Part shown: one piece after another, positions 57,243-59,080 of the stretch
Numbering within the stretch: position 1 is the stretch's first letter
Layout: each line of letters starts with the position of its first letter
Notes under the pieces: model-generated
Databases searched by the model: none
What the model was told of the DNA's origin: nothing
What the model saw: only the letters and a program-made list of their open reading frames with translations
Sequence record: HQ641380.1
Strand: one strand, 5' to 3'
DNA: 59,080 nucleotides
DNA from: Enterobacter phage EcP1
Made by a program: the position numbers and the translations under genes

Positions 57243-57483
57243 ATGAATAAAGGAAAGGACTCCTTTAATGATTGAATTAATTAGATAGTTTATTGAATAA
57301 ATATTTATTATTTTTATTCTACTTTTTGAAATAATTAGGTATGAGTTCAGTACACTGGTAATTCACACTCTCACGTCACACTAAACTACCCCCCCCCACT
57401 TCACACTATAATGACTCTACGAGTCTCGTGGGAGTATTGTCGCTCTCATCTTAACTATCTTTAACTTTCCTAGGAGTGTTACC
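57243..57483. promoter_or_regulatory. AT-rich non-coding region with two stem5/loop3 hairpins, a poly-C9 tract, TTCACACT x3 and a TATAAT box
   Basis: Hairpins AAAGG-ACT-CCTTT (57255-57267) and GACTC-TAC-GAGTC (57414-57426); C9 at 57390-57398; TTCACACT at 57363/57377(GTCACACT)/57402; TATAAT at 57408. Confidence 0.4.
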
Positions 57484-57810
57484 ATGTCTTTAGCTAAAAC
57501 TGTATCTATGACTTCTGCTATGTCTACCTCTGTTGTTGCAACGTTAGGTGCTGTACAAACTACTGCAATGGCTATCAATAATACTGCAACTGCTGCTGCT
57601 CATGCTACTGGTTGGCTGGCTGATGAAATCGCTGCTGCTGCTGATGATCGTGCTCATCGTCGTGTTGTTACTCGTGAAATCAAACGTTATACATTCGTCG
57701 CTGAAGCTGGTGTAGAGTTATCCGAAGCTCTTAAAGCTATGGAAGCTACTCGCTCTCAGCTCACTGATGATGTTAAAGCTCAGTTCGATGCAATCATTAA
57801 TGCAAAATAA
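57484..57810 (+). CDS. Ala-rich small protein with strongly biased (NNT) codon usage
   Basis: 108 aa; GGAG RBS; codon usage (gct/tct/act/gtt) distinct from the rest of the window; own upstream region and downstream terminator. Confidence 0.6.
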   Translation: MSLAKTVSMTSAMSTSVVATLGAVQTTAMAINNTATAAAHATGWLADEIAAAADDRAHRRVVTREIKRYTFVAEAGVELSEALKAMEATRSQLTDDVKAQFDAIINAK

Positions 57811-57839
57811 TTCTATCTAATTAATCTCAATTGAGATTG

Positions 57840-57869
57840 GGCTACTCCTATGAGTAGCCTTTATTTTTT
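57840..57869 (+). terminator. strong rho-independent terminator
   Basis: GGCTACTC-CTAT-GAGTAGCC followed by TTTATTTTTT. Confidence 0.8.
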
Positions 57870-57907
57870 ACTGTCTACTAGACAGAATACTACTAAGGAT
57901 ATCTCTC

Positions 57908-58333
57908 ATGAAATCTAAGACTGGTTATATTATCGGTACTCTTAAGAAGCGTAATGAATCTCTGTCTCAAGAGAATGACAAACTTAAAGATGAAGTAGAA
58001 AGACTGAACGTGGAACTTAGTGAAGCTGCACATAATATTAAAACTATGCAGGACTTCGCAAGCAAGAACCAAAGTGAATTAATTAATAAAGATAATCAGA
58101 TTCGTAATTTAGCTAAATCTCTGATGTATAAAGATGAGCGTAATACTAAACGAGATGTTTTATTGAAAAAGTATGACGCTGATAATAACAGGCTAAGTTT
58201 TGAATTATTTGAACAGACTACTGAAACTGAAAAGTGGAAGGAGAAGTATGAATCCTTACTTAAGTACGTAAGAAATATTGGTATCACTATCGTTATCTTC
58301 GGTTTAATCATTCTGTTCACTCAATACATGTAG
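57908..58333 (+). CDS. coiled-coil protein with C-terminal transmembrane anchor
   Basis: 141 aa; heptad-rich K/E sequence and C-terminal ITIVIFGLIILF. Confidence 0.5.
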   Translation: MKSKTGYIIGTLKKRNESLSQENDKLKDEVERLNVELSEAAHNIKTMQDFASKNQSELINKDNQIRNLAKSLMYKDERNTKRDVLLKKYDADNNRLSFELFEQTTETEKWKEKYESLLKYVRNIGITIVIFGLIILFTQYM

Positions 58334-58341
58334 GAATCAAT

Positions 58342-58521
58342 CATGTTCAATAACTTCTTCACAGGTATTGCTGTTATCAATGGGACAGCATTAGTAATTT
58401 ACTTTCTGATATGCGTGCTAGCTAATACAAAAACTCATATGTCACGAGTACTTCTGTACATCGTAATCTATACATTGGTATTCGCTACATTAGCTGCATG
58501 GTCTAAAGGAATACTTGTATA
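58342..58521 (+). CDS. small two-TM membrane protein (59 aa, not in the track)
   Basis: AGGAA RBS; hydrophobic helices GIAVINGTALVIYFLICVL and LLYIVIYTLVFATLAAW. Confidence 0.35.
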
Positions 58522-58757
58522 ATTATACAGTATCTTAATAGCTCCTGTATCGCATTCTAACGAGAGATAGCTCAGGGATGAGCATTGCTATAGAGAAATG
58601 GAGATCGTCAAGCTGGATGTCACTACATTCTGTTTAATCATATCTCCTTTTCTTTCTCTATCACTGTCTCTCTTAAACTAATATCTGCCTTAAACTCTAT
58701 CTCAAAATCTATCATTCCAACTTAACTCAACTTAAAGTTTAACTTTCAGGAGACTCC

Positions 58758-59080
58758 ATGTTTAATCTCATCCAAGGAGACATATTTAAACAACAAGCTG
58801 ATGCTGTGTGTATTACTACTAACGGTAATATACGTTCAGATGGCAGAGCTGTAATGGGTGCTGGCATAGCTAAGACATTCAGAGATTTGTTTCCTACCTT
58901 AGATTTAGAGTTAGCTGAATCACTGAGAACCAAAGGAAACATATGCACTGTACTAAGACAGCATTTCAATGGTGTATACATAATTGCTTTCCCTACCAAA
59001 CATAATTGGAGAGATAATTCATCTCTGGAACTGATAAAACAATCTGCTATACAACTTATTGAAATAGCAGACTCACTAAA
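58758..59080 (+). CDS. macro domain (ADP-ribose binding/processing) protein, 3' partial
   Basis: AGGAGA RBS; ADAVCITTNGNIRSDGRAVMGAGIAKTF matches the macro domain core (N..N, G.GI/VA); the ORF runs off the window end. Confidence 0.55.
   Translation, partial: MFNLIQGDIFKQQADAVCITTNGNIRSDGRAVMGAGIAKTFRDLFPTLDLELAESLRTKGNICTVLRQHFNGVYIIAFPTKHNWRDNSSLELIKQSAIQLIEIADSL

Noticed and set aside
58555-58640. tRNA-like fragment (ATAGCTCAGGGATGAGCA resembles a D-arm)
   Set aside because: No acceptor stem, anticodon arm or T-arm could be built around it. Probably a chance match or tRNA remnant.
1-59080. CRISPR arrays, integrase/transposase, rRNA
   Set aside because: No regularly spaced direct repeats, no recombinase-like ORFs and no rRNA-like sequence were seen. 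The only repeats are the paralogous gene array and short motif repeats described above.

Overview
This 59 kb window reads as most of an N4-like (Schitoviridae-type) lytic podophage genome, AT-rich and densely coded. In order it holds: an early region of small ORFs on the + strand; a replication and nucleotide-metabolism block; a roughly 21 kb leftward late operon; a lysis cassette; leftward tail and terminase genes; and a three-tRNA cluster followed by a second set of small + strand genes.

- **Early region (1-11.5 kb, + strand).** It starts with a tandem array of at least seven paralogous 60-72 aa four-Cys proteins. These are interleaved with, and split, the two subunit genes of a T7-like RNA polymerase II (catalytic subunit motifs A/B/C visible). 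It continues with dCMP deaminase, dUTPase, a CHAP-like peptidoglycan hydrolase, zinc-ribbon proteins and a pair of 'DPCNN' paralogs.
- **Replication block (11.5-26.5 kb, + strand).** MoxR-like AAA ATPase plus vWA/HExxH protein, a Lar-like restriction-alleviation protein, Dda-like helicase, family A DNA polymerase with 3'-5' exonuclease, ThyX, a ParB-like nuclease domain protein, a Cas4-like PD-(D/E)xK nuclease, primase, a P-loop ATPase, an SSB-like protein and a RusA-like resolvase.
- **Late operon (26.7-47.8 kb, - strand).** A 3.5 kaa virion RNA polymerase (the hallmark of N4-like phages) followed by virion, major capsid, scaffold and portal genes, with intra-operon terminators.
- **Lysis and packaging.** A + strand lysis cassette (holin-like proteins and an embedded Rz/Rz1 spanin pair), then - strand tail spike, tail fiber and terminase large and small subunits.
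- **Right end.** A three-tRNA cluster (Asn?, Pro, Met), then small + strand genes. Among them is an unusual non-coding region with hairpins, a poly-C tract and repeated motifs upstream of a codon-biased Ala-rich gene, and a macro-domain protein truncated at the window end.

No CRISPR array, rRNA, transposase or integrase was seen. The candidates I would prioritise as novel are the diversified Cys-motif paralog array, the structured intergenic element at ~9.5 kb, and the hairpin/poly-C region at ~57.3 kb with its downstream genes, which may mark the genome-end and early-promoter region.
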